Notes under the pieces: model-generated | Told to the model about the DNA's origin: nothing | Database searches by the model: none | The model's input: only the letters and a program-made list of their open reading frames with translations | Made by a program: the position numbers and the translations under genes | Shown: one piece after another, positions 1-12,322 of the stretch | How the letters are laid out: every line of letters starts with the position of its first letter | How positions within the stretch are numbered: position 1 is the stretch's first letter | Origin: Intoshia linei | Taxonomy: Eukaryota > Animalia > Orthonectida | Assembly: GCA_001642005.1 (NCBI GenBank) | Contig: LWCA01000014.1 | Span: 23,421 to 87,420, forward strand | DNA: 64,000 bases | Direction of reading: 5' to 3'

Positions 1-2266
1 TAATTTATATATTAAATATTATGGTGAACACCAAAAATATCAACATTTCATCATACATGAATTGTTTTTTACTAAATTTAAGTCACCAAATAAAAAGTAT
101 TTTTGTATTATTATAATTTTATATTTTTATCGTTTTTAATCTTTGCAAATTTTCATATTTTATTGTTTTTTTCTTTTCAAAATTTAGATTATGTATTTTG
201 TGAAATAAAATAGAAAAATCGCCTCAAGGTGGCTATTCGCCCACAGTTGAGAACCCTGGTTTAAACAATAAATTTGACGTCTTCATTTGGTTTTTAAATA
301 TATATTTAAACTTAAGTTAGTGAACATAGTCAGATAAAAATTTTCAACATTATACCAAGGATTCTCAACCTGGGAGATATCGCCCATTTTGGGCGATTTA
401 TTTTCAAATTCATATTATAATTTTCTTATAATTAACATTTAAATATTAAATTGTGTTGCTTCTGATATTTTAGACATAATTTTGAGATTATAGTTTTGAT
501 TCGTTTCTGCGAAGTCACATTAAAATACTGTTAATATGAGAAAAATTAAGTGAACTTAACAAGCAAGAAATTTGTTAATACAATATGTACTCTAATTTTA
601 AAAATTCGTTTAAATATACTGTATTAGCTTGGCTGGTTTGTACTATGTACAAACAGCACCTAGCTCTGCCAAGGGCGGACACAATTTAATTTAATTGTAA
701 CATTAAAAATTAAATCTATTATGGTTCAAATCACTTTTACTAATCAATTAAAATAAGACTACCAAAAATATATTACCGTACATCATATAATTTTTATTTA
801 TTTTTTTCCAGGTGATGACAATAATTACTTTGATAATCACTTTTAAGTTAGTATAAATTTAATTTTATAAATACGTTGCTGTAGTGTCATAATTAAATTA
901 AAATTTACAAATTGCGTAGCAATGAAAAAAATTCCGAAGGAATGATTTATATAGATTTTCACCCATATGTCTCAATTGGAAATGTGTAAACGTACAATCC
1001 ACATTTTTTTTGAAATTGTAGGATTAATATTTACATTTTTGATTTTAATCGAAATATTTGAAAAATATTGGTTAATTATTTTACATTTTTTGTTTTAATA
1101 AAATATTTCGGAATAATAATAATAATATAGGAATACTAAAATGCTTTTTTGACCGTCAAGTCGTTACTTATTCGGATTGAAATTTTTTATGTATGTTAAC
1201 ATGATATTACTCTACCACCTGTAAATTTTTTGAAATTCTAGGGTTGTTTTCATTAAAAAAAGAAGGGTAATTTGGGGTTTTTGTCCTGAAGATATAATTT
1301 TTTTAAATTTATGATAATGTTTATGATTTTAAAATCCGCATCAGCGTATATATTTTTTTAAATTCTCCAACTCGTTTGATAATTAAATTAAATTTTGGGT
1401 AATTTTTATTATCCATCAAAATGTAAAATAATGTAAAAATAAGTATAATAACCACTAGTATAAAGAATAAAACGAGTAGTGTTTCAATACAGTCTAACCC
1501 GCTTATACTGATCACTAAGCGAATTTTATAAAACTGGACAACTTTACTAATTTACTTTACTACTTTTTATTATTTATTATTTATGGAAACCCAAGAGTTT
1601 TAACTGATTTAGTAATCAATTCGTAACCAATTTACCATTTTGTGTTAGTTTTTTTGATTAATTTTTCTTTTTTCTGTCATAAAATTCGACAATCCACTGA
1701 TTTTTTTCGAATAAGTAGTAAACCAAATATTTCATGCCTAGTTACTAAATTAACGGAACTTTAAGTTTTTTTAGTTACCGGTTAGTAAATTCTACTATAA
1801 GTGGATTACTGTATCGGACAGGATAACAATTATTAATATTATATATTTTAGCTCTATTGGTAGCGGCCAGAATGTACAATTTCAACAGAACTATAAAACA
1901 AGTTGTTAAAATTGCTCGTATCGGAGCTTCAACTTTAAAGCACAGGTATTTTTTAGTTTTATTTTTAATATAACTTGTATAGTCTGACTTAATTGTAATT
2001 ATCACCTAGTGCTTTTATTTAAAATAAAAACACAATAGATCTAGCTTAGTTGTTTTGTGCTTCGTACAAACAGTACCTAGCTCTGCATAGGGCGTACTTT
2101 TTCAATTATATCAAAAAAATTTAATCTTCATAAAAATTATACTATTCACTATTACCAATCCTTTAAAGGAGTGGCTTCTAAAGATGTGACGACAATTTTT
2201 TATTTTTATACAAATTTTGTATTAGAGTATATAAAAATTCTGGCAATTGATTACATCTATATTTAG

Positions 2267-2963
2267 ATTAGAAGAATTAGGCAATACAGCATCAGCAAAA
2301 TTGACAATAGATGAATTCCAATCTACTGATTTAGAAGCTGAATTATATCCACCATGTGCTAATAAAGGACCAAGTTCTATTAAAGAGAAGGATTTCGATA
2401 AAATTGAAGAAGAAATAAATTCTTTGCAAAGTAAAATAGACAGTCGCCTTTTTCGATTAACTAAAAAGTCAATAGAGGCTGATTTGGAAGGTTTAAATGT
2501 TATCAATAATATTGATAATATTTCAAAACATGTGGAACCTGAAGCAAAAACGAACGAGTCGTCAACGTTAGGAAATGCTACAGAAATGTGTTTGAAACTT
2601 TTTGAAGATGATAAAATTACCCAAATACCTAACCTAAAACCTAATAAATCTGAATCAGACGATTCAATCGATTTAGAAAATATTAGTGACGGCGAAATTG
2701 ACTCTTTTATATGTAATCAAAAAGAAATTAAAGAAAATACTACCAATTGGGATGTCAATTATAGAGATTTTGAAATTCAAGAAAAGAAAAAACTTGAAAT
2801 GAAAAATTCTGGTTCAGATAATAAACGAAAGGACCGTAAAAAAATTAAATCAAAGTTGAGTGATCAACGGTTTTCTGTAGATCAAATAATTGAAAGTTTT
2901 ATTAATAATCCAAAAATGGAGCCTAGTGATTTTGATGGGCTCAAAGATTTAGATAAAATGTAG
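2267..2963 (+). CDS. BRF1: Transcription factor IIIB 90 kDa subunit (BRF1), terminal exon; upstream exons not identified and probably outside the window
   Basis: RLEELGNTASAKLTIDEFQSTDLEAELYPP matches BRF1 homology block 1 (RLxEFxxTPxxxLTIDEF...DLE..DPP). DLENISDGEIDSFICNQKEIKENTTNW resembles the BRF1 TBP-binding block. Acceptor tttag at 2262-2266 (phase 2). Confidence 0.85.
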
Positions 2964-3033
2964 ATATTTGTATATACCTTTCAAATTAAAATTTATCTTT
3001 TTAAATAAGAGTAGTATCTTTTTGTATCATTAA

Positions 3034-3765
3034 TTATCTTTCAAATAATACGTTTGCCTCATTGCTTTCCTTTAAGTATTTCAAACATATAAATATTGTA
3101 AGAACATCTTTCATGTATTCTTTAGGTAAAATGTGACATAAAAAATTGAATAATTCCTCTGAGGGAATATTTATTAACTCATAAAGCTCATTTACCCTTA
3201 AAACAGGATAGTTATTAATCATATTGATTGTAAATTGACCATGTTTACGATATTTATACCCGAGGTGTTTTAATTTAACGATTAAATCTTTACATTGCTT
3301 CAAATACTGGGGCATTTTATCAATTTTCATTGTATGTCGGTTTAAATGTTGCATTAAAGTTTGACTTTTGAATTGATTTTGTTCGTTCAGTGTATTACAA
3401 CATTTTTGGCAAAACAAAACGTCATCATTAAATATGAATTTTGAACACTCGTGTTCAAATTGTGACGATATTTCTGCACATAAATTATATCGAAATTTTC
3501 TTAAATTTATATAATATTTTTCTAAAAAATATTATATTTACAATGAATGGTTAAAAAAATTACTTTTATGTGTACTCTTCGAAAAAGAGTATTCATTCAT
3601 AGTGTCTATTATATTTTTCATGAATTTATTTTCTAAATGAAATGCATCATTTTCAAAGGTAGTGACAAATTCAGTTGAATTTAGATCTTTGATGTCCATA
3701 TCACATGAAACCTCACCCTCCCGTAAATTTTCCTGTTCAGTTTGACTGCTTTTATTTTTTAACAT
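3034..3765 (-). CDS. Hypothetical protein with a single CxxC...HxxxH zinc-finger-like motif
   Basis: ORFs 3538-3765 and 3034-3417 join in frame through a 42-nt GT-AG intron (3500-3541): exons 3542-3765 and 3034-3499. Motif FIFNDDVLFCQKCCNTL...TLMQHLNRH. Confidence 0.6.
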
Positions 3766-4128
3766 GTTATTTTAAAAATATAACATTTTTGCGTTAATTT
3801 AATTCATTAATACGTTTAATTACTTGGATATTTATTAAAATAACATTTTGCATTCACTCTATAGAAAGTTGATTGTAGTCTATCATTTATTTCATTCGAA
3901 ACTTTCTAAAATTAAAAATTTTCATGGCCTACTTGACAAATTAAAAATCCGATAAATTAGATCGCCGTTAAGACTTCAGTTAGTATACACTTGATAGTAG
4001 AATATAGTTTGATCATAATATGTAGTAATCGCTTAAATAATTTAATTTCTTAGGGTTCAAATATATACAAATGTGGTTGCATTTTTTTAAATAATCTAGC
4101 AAAACAATAAACTTAGTTGATTTCTAAA

Positions 4129-7113
4129 ATGTATCAATTTTTTACTTCGTTTTCTGCAGAAGAGAAAGAGGTATGCTTATTAATTTTTTAGGAAAATAGT
4201 TATTAATGATTTATAAATCGATAATTATGTACGATGAGTACACTTTTGAGTAATAAATTTTAATTTAAATTTTTAAATTATACAACTTGTTATTTTATTT
4301 CAACAAATTTTAACTAGTCAATATTTATTTTTATATTTTCTGCATAAAAATACGGAATATATTTTATAAAAGTAATATTAGAATTGAATCAATTCCATGT
4401 CAATGTAAAGACCCCAATGCCCTTCAAATTTGAATTTATCATTTATCAATTGTTCGTCAGTGGATGGGCTGTTCAATGTGACTAAAATTCCTTTTCTTCC
4501 CAACTGTCTCTTGGCGTTTCTTATAGCATTCTGCATCTTTAAACAGTGACATAATACTTTTTCGTAAAAATTTGTTTACTCCGGAATGGCGTGGAAAACA
4601 TCTTGTCTATCACTGCCTTACTTTTAAAATTAAAAAAAACTAATATTTTATAATGCTGCTCACAGTTGAAACGAAGTATAACACCTATTATATATATGGT
4701 TATAATTGTGTATTTTTAAATTTAGGAAAATGAAAAAATAATTGATGAGGAAGAAAAAGAAGACGACGACGAAATTATAGTAATTTAAACATTTTATTCA
4801 ATATATTACATTATAATTAATTGTATATGTGTAAAATAAAAAAAATTACTTTTAATTTGTAACAATCATTTATAATTTTTGATTAGTTATTAGCACGTGA
4901 AATGTAGAAATATTTCAGGTTTATGATTTTTATTAAAATATTAAATGTAAATCGCAAATTGATATATTCAATACTTTTATCACTTATGTATTATATCAAA
5001 GACTTTTTTGACTTTAGTATTACTTGTACTGCGTACAAACAGTACCTACCTATGCTGAGGGCGAACTTTTTTAATTTTATTAGAAAATAAATTACGTAAA
5101 AATTGTAATATTACAAATCCTTTAAAGATGTGGTTCCCAAACTTGTTTCACTTAGGACAGATAATTTATTAATTAAATTAAATTTAAAGTTTACTCTTAA
5201 TTATTCACACTTCATTTTATTTTGATAAAATTTATATAGAGAATTTTAAAAAAATATTTGTTATGCAATTTTTTAAACTTATTAGAGAATGAGTGTATAA
5301 CCCTTACTTATAAAGTAAAATGGTTAAAAATATATATATTATTTATTTGTTTCTGTTTATTTAAAAAAGTAAGGGGAGTCGAGTTTTACAAATTCCATAT
5401 TTTTATAATAGTTTTTCCAGAGTGATGTTTTATCGCAAATTTCAATTTTAGAAATTAAGTCCTTCAAGGTTAATAACGCAATTGTTGTTTGTTTTTAAAT
5501 TCAAACCCGTCCTAGAATTATAAAAAAACACATTTTCATAAAAAGTTTTAAATTCATTAATATTATGATAATTTCAATTTCAAAATCGTATATCTTCACG
5601 TCCAAAGCCCTAAATTAACCTTTTTTATAAAAATTAAGAAAGTCTTATAATTGTATACAACATTCATTCTAGGATGGTATTTAAATTCATAAGCATTTTC
5701 ATAAATGGTAATCTTAAAAAAGGTAAATTTCACGGTCAAAAACCTAGATCACCTTTTTTTTAAAAAATGATAACAGCCCTAGAATTTAAAAAAAATTACG
5801 GATGATACAGTTTCACAGAATTGGAAGATAATTTTGGGTCCAAAATTTGGTTGGGTTTTTAAGGGATTTAATTTACCAGATTTTTACGATACAATTTTGA
5901 AGGGTTTTTAAGGGAACATTTTTTTTGTTATGTAGATAAAGATACCTTAAAATTTTAAAATTATTCTCTTAAAAACCCTACAAAATATTAGCCTAAAAAA
6001 AGTATCTTTAAAAATTAAGTAAAAAAATCAATAATATGATTAATTAGCAAAATCTATGATTATTTCGCACTAAGACAGGGTTTCACAACCTGCGGCCGTG
6101 GGCAATTCATGTGATCATAATGCAATATATAATTTTACTTCAAATTCAAGGGAAATATTTTGATCAAAATGTTAAATTTTTGACTTTGCCCACTTTCTCA
6201 AAAGGATTCAAACTCTCAAGATAGAGATATATATAGAGAATAGAGACATTCAATTTTATTTAACCCTTACGAGACTATGCTGATTTTCAAAATTGAAAGC
6301 AAAAAATTTCACTTTTGAAATATTAAAAAACACCAAAATTTAAAGCTCAAAATTCACAAATTTCAAATGTTATTGATTTGTAAAGTGAACAACTTAAATT
6401 TGGCTTTAATATTTGGCTAAGAATTAGCAATAAAATATATTTAATTTATGACACGCAATTACAATCACGTCGTGTCTATTGTATTTCAAATATAATTCAT
6501 TGTATTGTTGACTCAAAGTAAGCATTGATAATAAAATTAATTTTTACACATATTACATGTTAGTGTATGAGCAGTAAGTTGTTCAAAATTTATATTGTTA
6601 CCGCCTTATTATCGTTTGTATACAAACCAATGTAAATTTATGAGTAGTTTTTTGCATCTATACATGTCTCATAATACATACATTGTCTCGTAAGGGTTAA
6701 GTAAAGGATTTGTCTAATTTTTACACCAAATTAAGTCAAAATATCGGCTGATACAATATAGAACTTTAAAAATATTATTTGGGGGTCTTTTTTTAACGGA
6801 TACGTGTCTGTTAAATCTTTATAATTTACATGAAAAATTAAAATTTGTTATTGATATAATATTAGGATCCCATGATTCCATTGAAAGAGGAATGTAAAAA
6901 ACGAATACAATGTATTGAACTTAAAACTTTTTATGATGCATGTAAAGAAAGAGTAAACAGTGATCCATCCACAATCGAATCGTGTGCTGAAGAACTATAT
7001 GATTATACTTCCTGTTTAAATCATTGCGTAAAATTTTTATAAATAAAAAAATTGATTATAATTTAAAAATATTTATTTAGATTTCAAAAGATTTGTTCAA
7101 TCATTTGAAATGA
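4129..7113 (+). CDS. UQCRH: Cytochrome b-c1 complex subunit 6 (hinge protein)
   Basis: Exons 4129-4170, 4726-4779, 6866-7027, 7081-7113 give 96 aa: acidic N-terminus, then DPMIPLKEECKKRIQC...YDACKERVNSDPSTIESCAEELYDYTSCLNHCISKDLFNHLK, the classic hinge-protein Cys pattern. Confidence 0.93.
6264..6696. mobile_element. piggyBac-type MITE in UQCRH intron 2
   Basis: TIRs CCCTTACGAGACTATG / CATTGTCTCGTAAGGG flanked by TTAA on both sides (6260-6263, 6697-6700). Confidence 0.9.
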
Positions 7114-7479
7114 TTTGTTAAAAAAATAAATTTTCACTTTTCATAAAAATGTAGTTAGAGTACAATAGTTGTATGTTATGTCGAATTTTCTTCTTGGTGT
7201 ACGAGTTTATGAGTTAATCGTTCGATTGTTTTTCAATCTTTTTTGTATTTTCAAAAATTGATATTCTTCTTACTTTTTTAAATTTATTTCAATCCACTTG
7301 TCGAGAGACGTATTTACCGTACGGCGACCCCTCGTCGAGCAGGACCTCAACGAAATTTTTGTAAAATAGAGCCTCTTTTTCATTCATTACCTGCCCATCG
7401 CGCCTGGAATGAGAACAAGTTTCGTATAGTGATGAATCATCACTGATGATTAATATGAGACCAGTCAAAGATTTGGATT

Positions 7480-8420
7480 TTAATTTTTTAATCTATTGGA
7501 TACAATAAAACACACTGCATAACAAAAACATGCAACAAATAACGATGCTGCATATGCATACGAAATTATCCTTGCATTCACGATATCACCTAAATCTATA
7601 TATATTTTTAGCAACGAAATAATACAATCATGTGGGTTTAGTATTCTATGTTCAGCACAGTGTGTCATTTTGCTACACATTATATCATTACTTATATAAA
7701 AATTTTCTTTGCACTTAAAGTGATTCTTTGTTGGTAAATCTAAATTTGATAAAAGCCCTCTTGAAATTTAAATTACTTTCATATTCCGTAAGAAGGATAG
7801 TAAAATTATAACCAACTATACTTTTCTTGGTCAACTGAAATTTTACGTAACCCATATCGGTCTTTAGAGATGTTACATTCATTGAATCACAAGTATATGT
7901 AATCTAATTTAACTGATAAACATTTAATTTTTTACACCAAATTAATCCGAATACATTTTAACTGGACCCCGTATACATTTAAAAAATACAAAAAAAAATT
8001 ACATAAAGCTTAAGCTTGTTTTGAGCTAATTTTAACAATAATGGTTAAAATTACATTTTTTTTTGAATAAGGATTCAACCAAATTGTAAATATCACATTG
8101 CAGTATTGGATATTAAATCTTTCAAATCTAATCAGTATATTACCTAAAGGTAGTTTTGTCTAAATTATCGGTTAACAAAAATTAAAATTAATTTAAAATA
8201 ACTCTGAAAATCATCAAGCAGTCCTGATTTTTAAAATTTGATTCATATCCGCTAATTATAGAAGCGCCGTCTATATATTTGTCCCATATACCACATGATA
8301 TACTCGGCATTTTATCTATAAATATTTATTATTGATCAATGATCACGTCAAAATACAATATTTATGCATTATTCCAACAGTAAAGTCAAAAATAATTAAA
8401 AGCAGTATTATAATGTTCAT
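7480..8420 (-). CDS. Type-I membrane protein: signal peptide, CUB-like domain, LDLa-like repeat, TM helix (NETO/LDLRAD-like architecture)
   Basis: Exons 8357-8420, 8203-8315, 8055-8159, 7777-7903, 7480-7739 stay in frame. Signal MNIIILLLIIFDFTVG; CUB-like DCLMIFRTKLPLGNILIRFERFNIQYC...YNFTILLTEY; LDLa-like FKCKENFYISNDIMCSKMTHC..HDC; TM IISYAYAASLFVACFCYAVCFIV. The C-terminus may extend to 7289 (see findings). Confidence 0.7.
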
Positions 8421-8696
8421 TATTTTAATTGAGATGATAAAATCATTTAGCGTTGTGATATTATCATAATGTTTTTTTTTCGAAATAAATAAATTATATA
8501 TTATTCACATTAATTGTCAATAATACATGAAATATAAGATTGTAAAGTCATACTGGTACATCTTTTATTCAATTTATTCCGACCGAATCAATCACTACGA
8601 AAATATTGACGTGTTAACAGTTTTTCATAAATATCACAATGTTACCCGTTAAGAATTTAATTCATTTCATTATCAATAAATGTTTGTTCATTTTAA

Positions 8697-8704
8697 TTTG
8701 GCGC
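8697..8704 (+). promoter_or_regulatory. Candidate E2F site upstream of Aurora kinase
   Basis: Exact TTTGGCGC (E2F consensus TTTSSCGC) ~35 bp before the predicted ATG of a mitotic kinase, in very AT-rich DNA. Confidence 0.35.
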
Positions 8705-8738
8705 AGTTTTAATTTTTACAAAAAAATTCCAATATTAC

Positions 8739-10945
8739 ATGTCCGAAACACAAGATAATAAATTGTAATATTTTCATCAACTTGTAATTTCACATTTTAT
8801 TAAGTTTAAATAATTACATTAAAAAAATATATACATTTTCAACCGAAGGTAATTAGTTTATTTAAAAAATTTTAATGTAATTTATGATAATCCTCTTATA
8901 TTTATTTTTACATTATTTACAGAATATTGGGTAAGCATCGATCCCCTCTAGATATTAATGAAGACTTTGAAATTGGACGACCATTGGGAAAAGGAAAGTT
9001 TGGAAGTGTTTATTTGGCCAGAACCAAAACAAGTCATTTTATTGTTGCCATAAAAGTATTTATTTTATTATAATTTTAGTTAGTGGTGAATATTCATTTA
9101 GGTAATATTTAAATCTCAAATACGTAAAGCTAAATTGGAACATCAACTTATACGCGAGATCGAAATTCAAACAAAATTAAGGTAATTAAATGTTTAGTAT
9201 GATATGTTGTAACTGGCAAAGTGTACCGAAAGATGTTGATATTCAGATGTAAAAGAAACGAAAAATAAATTTAATTTTGATAATTTCTTCATTACCTGTT
9301 TAGCTTAGTGACACCCAAATTTGTTGGACCTCTATTTTTTTTAAAGTGCATTTATCTCATAAATTTAGTTGAACCATAGAAAATAATCAGATTGGGCCTC
9401 TAACGATTTATCATACCTCAATCTCTAATTTTTAATTAGTTAATTCAGGGTGGTCATAACACATGGCGAGTGAGGACCATTAAATACATTTTACAAATTC
9501 AGCGGGCGCAACATTAAAAAAATTTACACAATTATTTCATCGCTCCTTCCCTCTTAGTTTTCTTACTCCAAATTGAAAAGCAATTTTCTCCTTTTCATTG
9601 CTTATTTACATATAAATATTTATTAATTTTTTATTATTTACCTGTTTTACAAAATATATTACTAAACAATTTCACGGATCACACAATTTGACCTGGCGGC
9701 CCGCGGTCACGCTTTGGATTACCCTGAGTTAATTCATTGAGATGTTAATATAATAATTAGATGACAAATTGGAATTTATAAAAATGTCACATTTGTTATT
9801 TTTATGATTTTATTTTGAGTTTATCGGGCTAAAGATTGATCAGAAAATACTTTGATGGGTCTATTTTGTATCTTGTTAAACCATAACTAGTTAGCCGTTA
9901 TGTTTTATTTAAATATACGTGTATATCGAGATCTTTACATATTGTAATTATTTTTTCAGGCACAGACATATATTGAAAATGTACACGTACTTCTATGATG
10001 ACAGGAAGATTTATTTGGTGTTGGAGTACGCATATAATGGAGAATTGTTTCGTCATTTAAGAACCGATGGACATTTTTCTGAAACAAAATCGGCTACGGT
10101 TTCCATTTACATATTTTTTTTAAATAAAATGCAATTAAAAACATATTTGTGAATTAATCATGTTTATTAGCTAATCGATGAACTTTGCAGTGCTTTGATA
10201 TATTGTCACAAAAATAAAGTCATTCATAGAGTAATTTTTAAAAAATAATTTCCGAAACGGTGAATACATGCAACATAAGGGTGGTCCAATGATATTGTAA
10301 TTTGGACCCAAAAAGTAACTTAACTTTTTTATTATCATGCAATTTTAAATTTTTAACGTAATTATGGTTAAATTTACCAACATTAATCGTTTTATATTGA
10401 TTTAAAATATATTTTTTAGGATATAAAACCTGAAAACCTTTTACTCGGTGTATTTGGAGAAGTTAAAATTGCTGATTTTGGTTGGTCTATTCATGCACCA
10501 TCATCAAAGTAATATATTATCAATTAAGTAAAATATTTCAAATTAATAATTTATTATAAAAAAAATAGAAGAGATACATTATGTGGTACATTGGATTACT
10601 TACCCCCAGAAATGGTGAAAAACGAAAGACACGATGAAAATGTAGATATTTGGAGTTTAGGAGTGCTTTGTTTTGAATTTTTAGCCGGATATGCACCATT
10701 TGAAAGTGAAACAAACCCTGAAACATACAACAAAATTACTAATCTTATTTACCGTTTCCCCCATCATGTTTCTCTTGAAGCCAAAAAACTAATTTCATCG
10801 GTTATTTGGATAACGTTACTTGTTAATTTAACTATTTTAGCTATTAAAAATCAACCCAGAAGAACGAATATCACTGGAGGATACAAGAAAGCACGAATGG
10901 ATTCTTAAAAAGGCTATTAGACGTCAATATCCAAAAGACTATTAA
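8739..10945 (+). CDS. Aurora family serine/threonine kinase
   Basis: Exons 8739-8764 (tentative), 8923-9055, 9102-9181, 9960-10098, 10171-10230, 10420-10508, 10569-10800, 10841-10945. Motifs [72 protein letters not shown] versus B subtype not resolved. Confidence 0.95.
9446..9726. mobile_element. hAT-type MITE in Aurora intron
   Basis: CAGGG...CCCTG termini with perfect 8-bp TSD AGTTAATT (9438-9445, 9727-9734). Confidence 0.85.
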
Positions 10946-10995
10946 ATAAATTATTTAATTTACATTCACTATGTACAAAACACAATTCTATAAAA

Positions 10996-11827
10996 TTACT
11001 GTATTTTATTTTTTCCTTTTTTAACATTTGCACTACAAGATGAATTACTACAACCCGAGCATGATTCATAGGAACCTGATGAATCATCACTACTAGACAT
11101 TTTTATTGAATCTGGAGGTATTGATTCTGGTGAACTTTCTACTCTTCGTTTTTTTACTTCGGTTTGAGGGATAACGTCGGCGTCTTTCTTTAATTCCAGT
11201 TCTGCTTTTCTATAAAAATAATATTATAATTTTCTCAACATTTTGAAAATTAATTGCGGTTACATATTAATAATTTTATCGGTTGGGTATCATGGCTAAA
11301 TTAAATTAACCTTTTGAGCATTTCATCATATTTCTTTTCTAACAGTTGTGATTTGGTCAACCTCGATCTATATTTTTGTTTCTTTTGACATTTAAAAGTA
11401 AAATGACCTATTTTTAAACAATTTTGGCATCTAAAAGTTTCCGATTTTTGCTTTTCTGCGCTAAACAAAAAAATATATTTTATATTAAAAATTTTAGTAT
11501 ATAAATAATTTTAAGCAAAACAACAAAATAAAACTAACAATTACAAAATAATTAGAAAAAAATTTTTTGAAATTATTTTTAACAACACAAAAAATGACAT
11601 AAGATGTATTCAGGCAATAAAACCAATAAACAGGTGAACTTTTTAAAAAAATACATAAAAATAATTTGATAAGTCATATAATAATTGAAATTCTATCCCT
11701 GCCGGATTAACAGTTTTCTAAAAATATACCCGCGAGTTGAAAAAGAAAGTTTTCATCTTAAATATTGCAATATACATGATAAATTCAATTACATTTCCTT
11801 TCCATATCGTTTTACATCGTCATCCAT
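10996..11827 (-). CDS. ZCCHC10: Zinc finger CCHC domain-containing protein 10-like
   Basis: Exons 11793-11827, 11311-11460, 10996-11209. FRCQNCLKIGHFTFKCQKKQKYRSRLTKSQLLEK is the zf-CCHC_6-type knuckle, followed by a Ser-rich tail. Confidence 0.8.
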
Positions 11828-12322
11828 TTTTAATTTTGTTATATTCAATAAAAGTTTATTCTCAGTTTATATAGTATTCAAAAAAATTTAAAATTAACTT
11901 TATTTATTGTTAATTTATTATAAATTATTATGACGGCATACCAGAGTTGCTTGATATAAAGTTAAATTTTTTATTTAAAAACGATCATTTTGAATTCTGT
12001 ATTTTCGAAGTGTACACTGTACAGTAGGGTGTCAATTTTTTTTAAAATTGAAACGTGTAGCAAAAATATCAATTAAAATTATTTCATTTAAAGAGTAGTA
12101 ATTTAATAAACTACATAATTTACATAATGTACCAAATTAATATAAATATGAACAAATAAATACCTATATATTGACATGGATACTAAAATAGCGTTCTTAA
12201 TGGAGATTTTCAAATTGTGATTTGTATGTCAATTCAAACAAAAAGCAGACAGAATTATTATGCAGATTGTCAATCGCCTTTATTAAATTGAATTAAATTT
12301 ACACGTGCATAACCAAAAAAAA

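Noticed and set aside
620-680. Recurrent palindromic motif considered as a CRISPR repeat or ncRNA
   Set aside because: Copies are dispersed, divergent and attached to shared flanking repeat sequence, with no spacer array. Better explained as Helitron 3' ends.
1321-2005. Short minus-strand ORFs 1321-1515 and 1775-2005
   Set aside because: Low-complexity I/L/F/K/N translations among repeats, with no convincing motif or splice model.
2222-2506. Antisense and shadow ORFs in the track (also 10538-10726, 31979-32164, 39249-39628, 55561-55776)
   Set aside because: Reverse-frame shadows of real exons or of the transposase.
4597-4620. miR-34-like seed GGCAGTG on the minus strand
   Set aside because: The hairpin is too short and imperfect for a pre-miRNA, and the rest of the sequence does not match.
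11250-11300. 9-nt stretch (TAACCGCAA) recalled as complementary to 18S rRNA, in ZCCHC10 intron 2
   Set aside because: Too short, the rRNA match is from memory, and there are no canonical C/D boxes at the right spacing.
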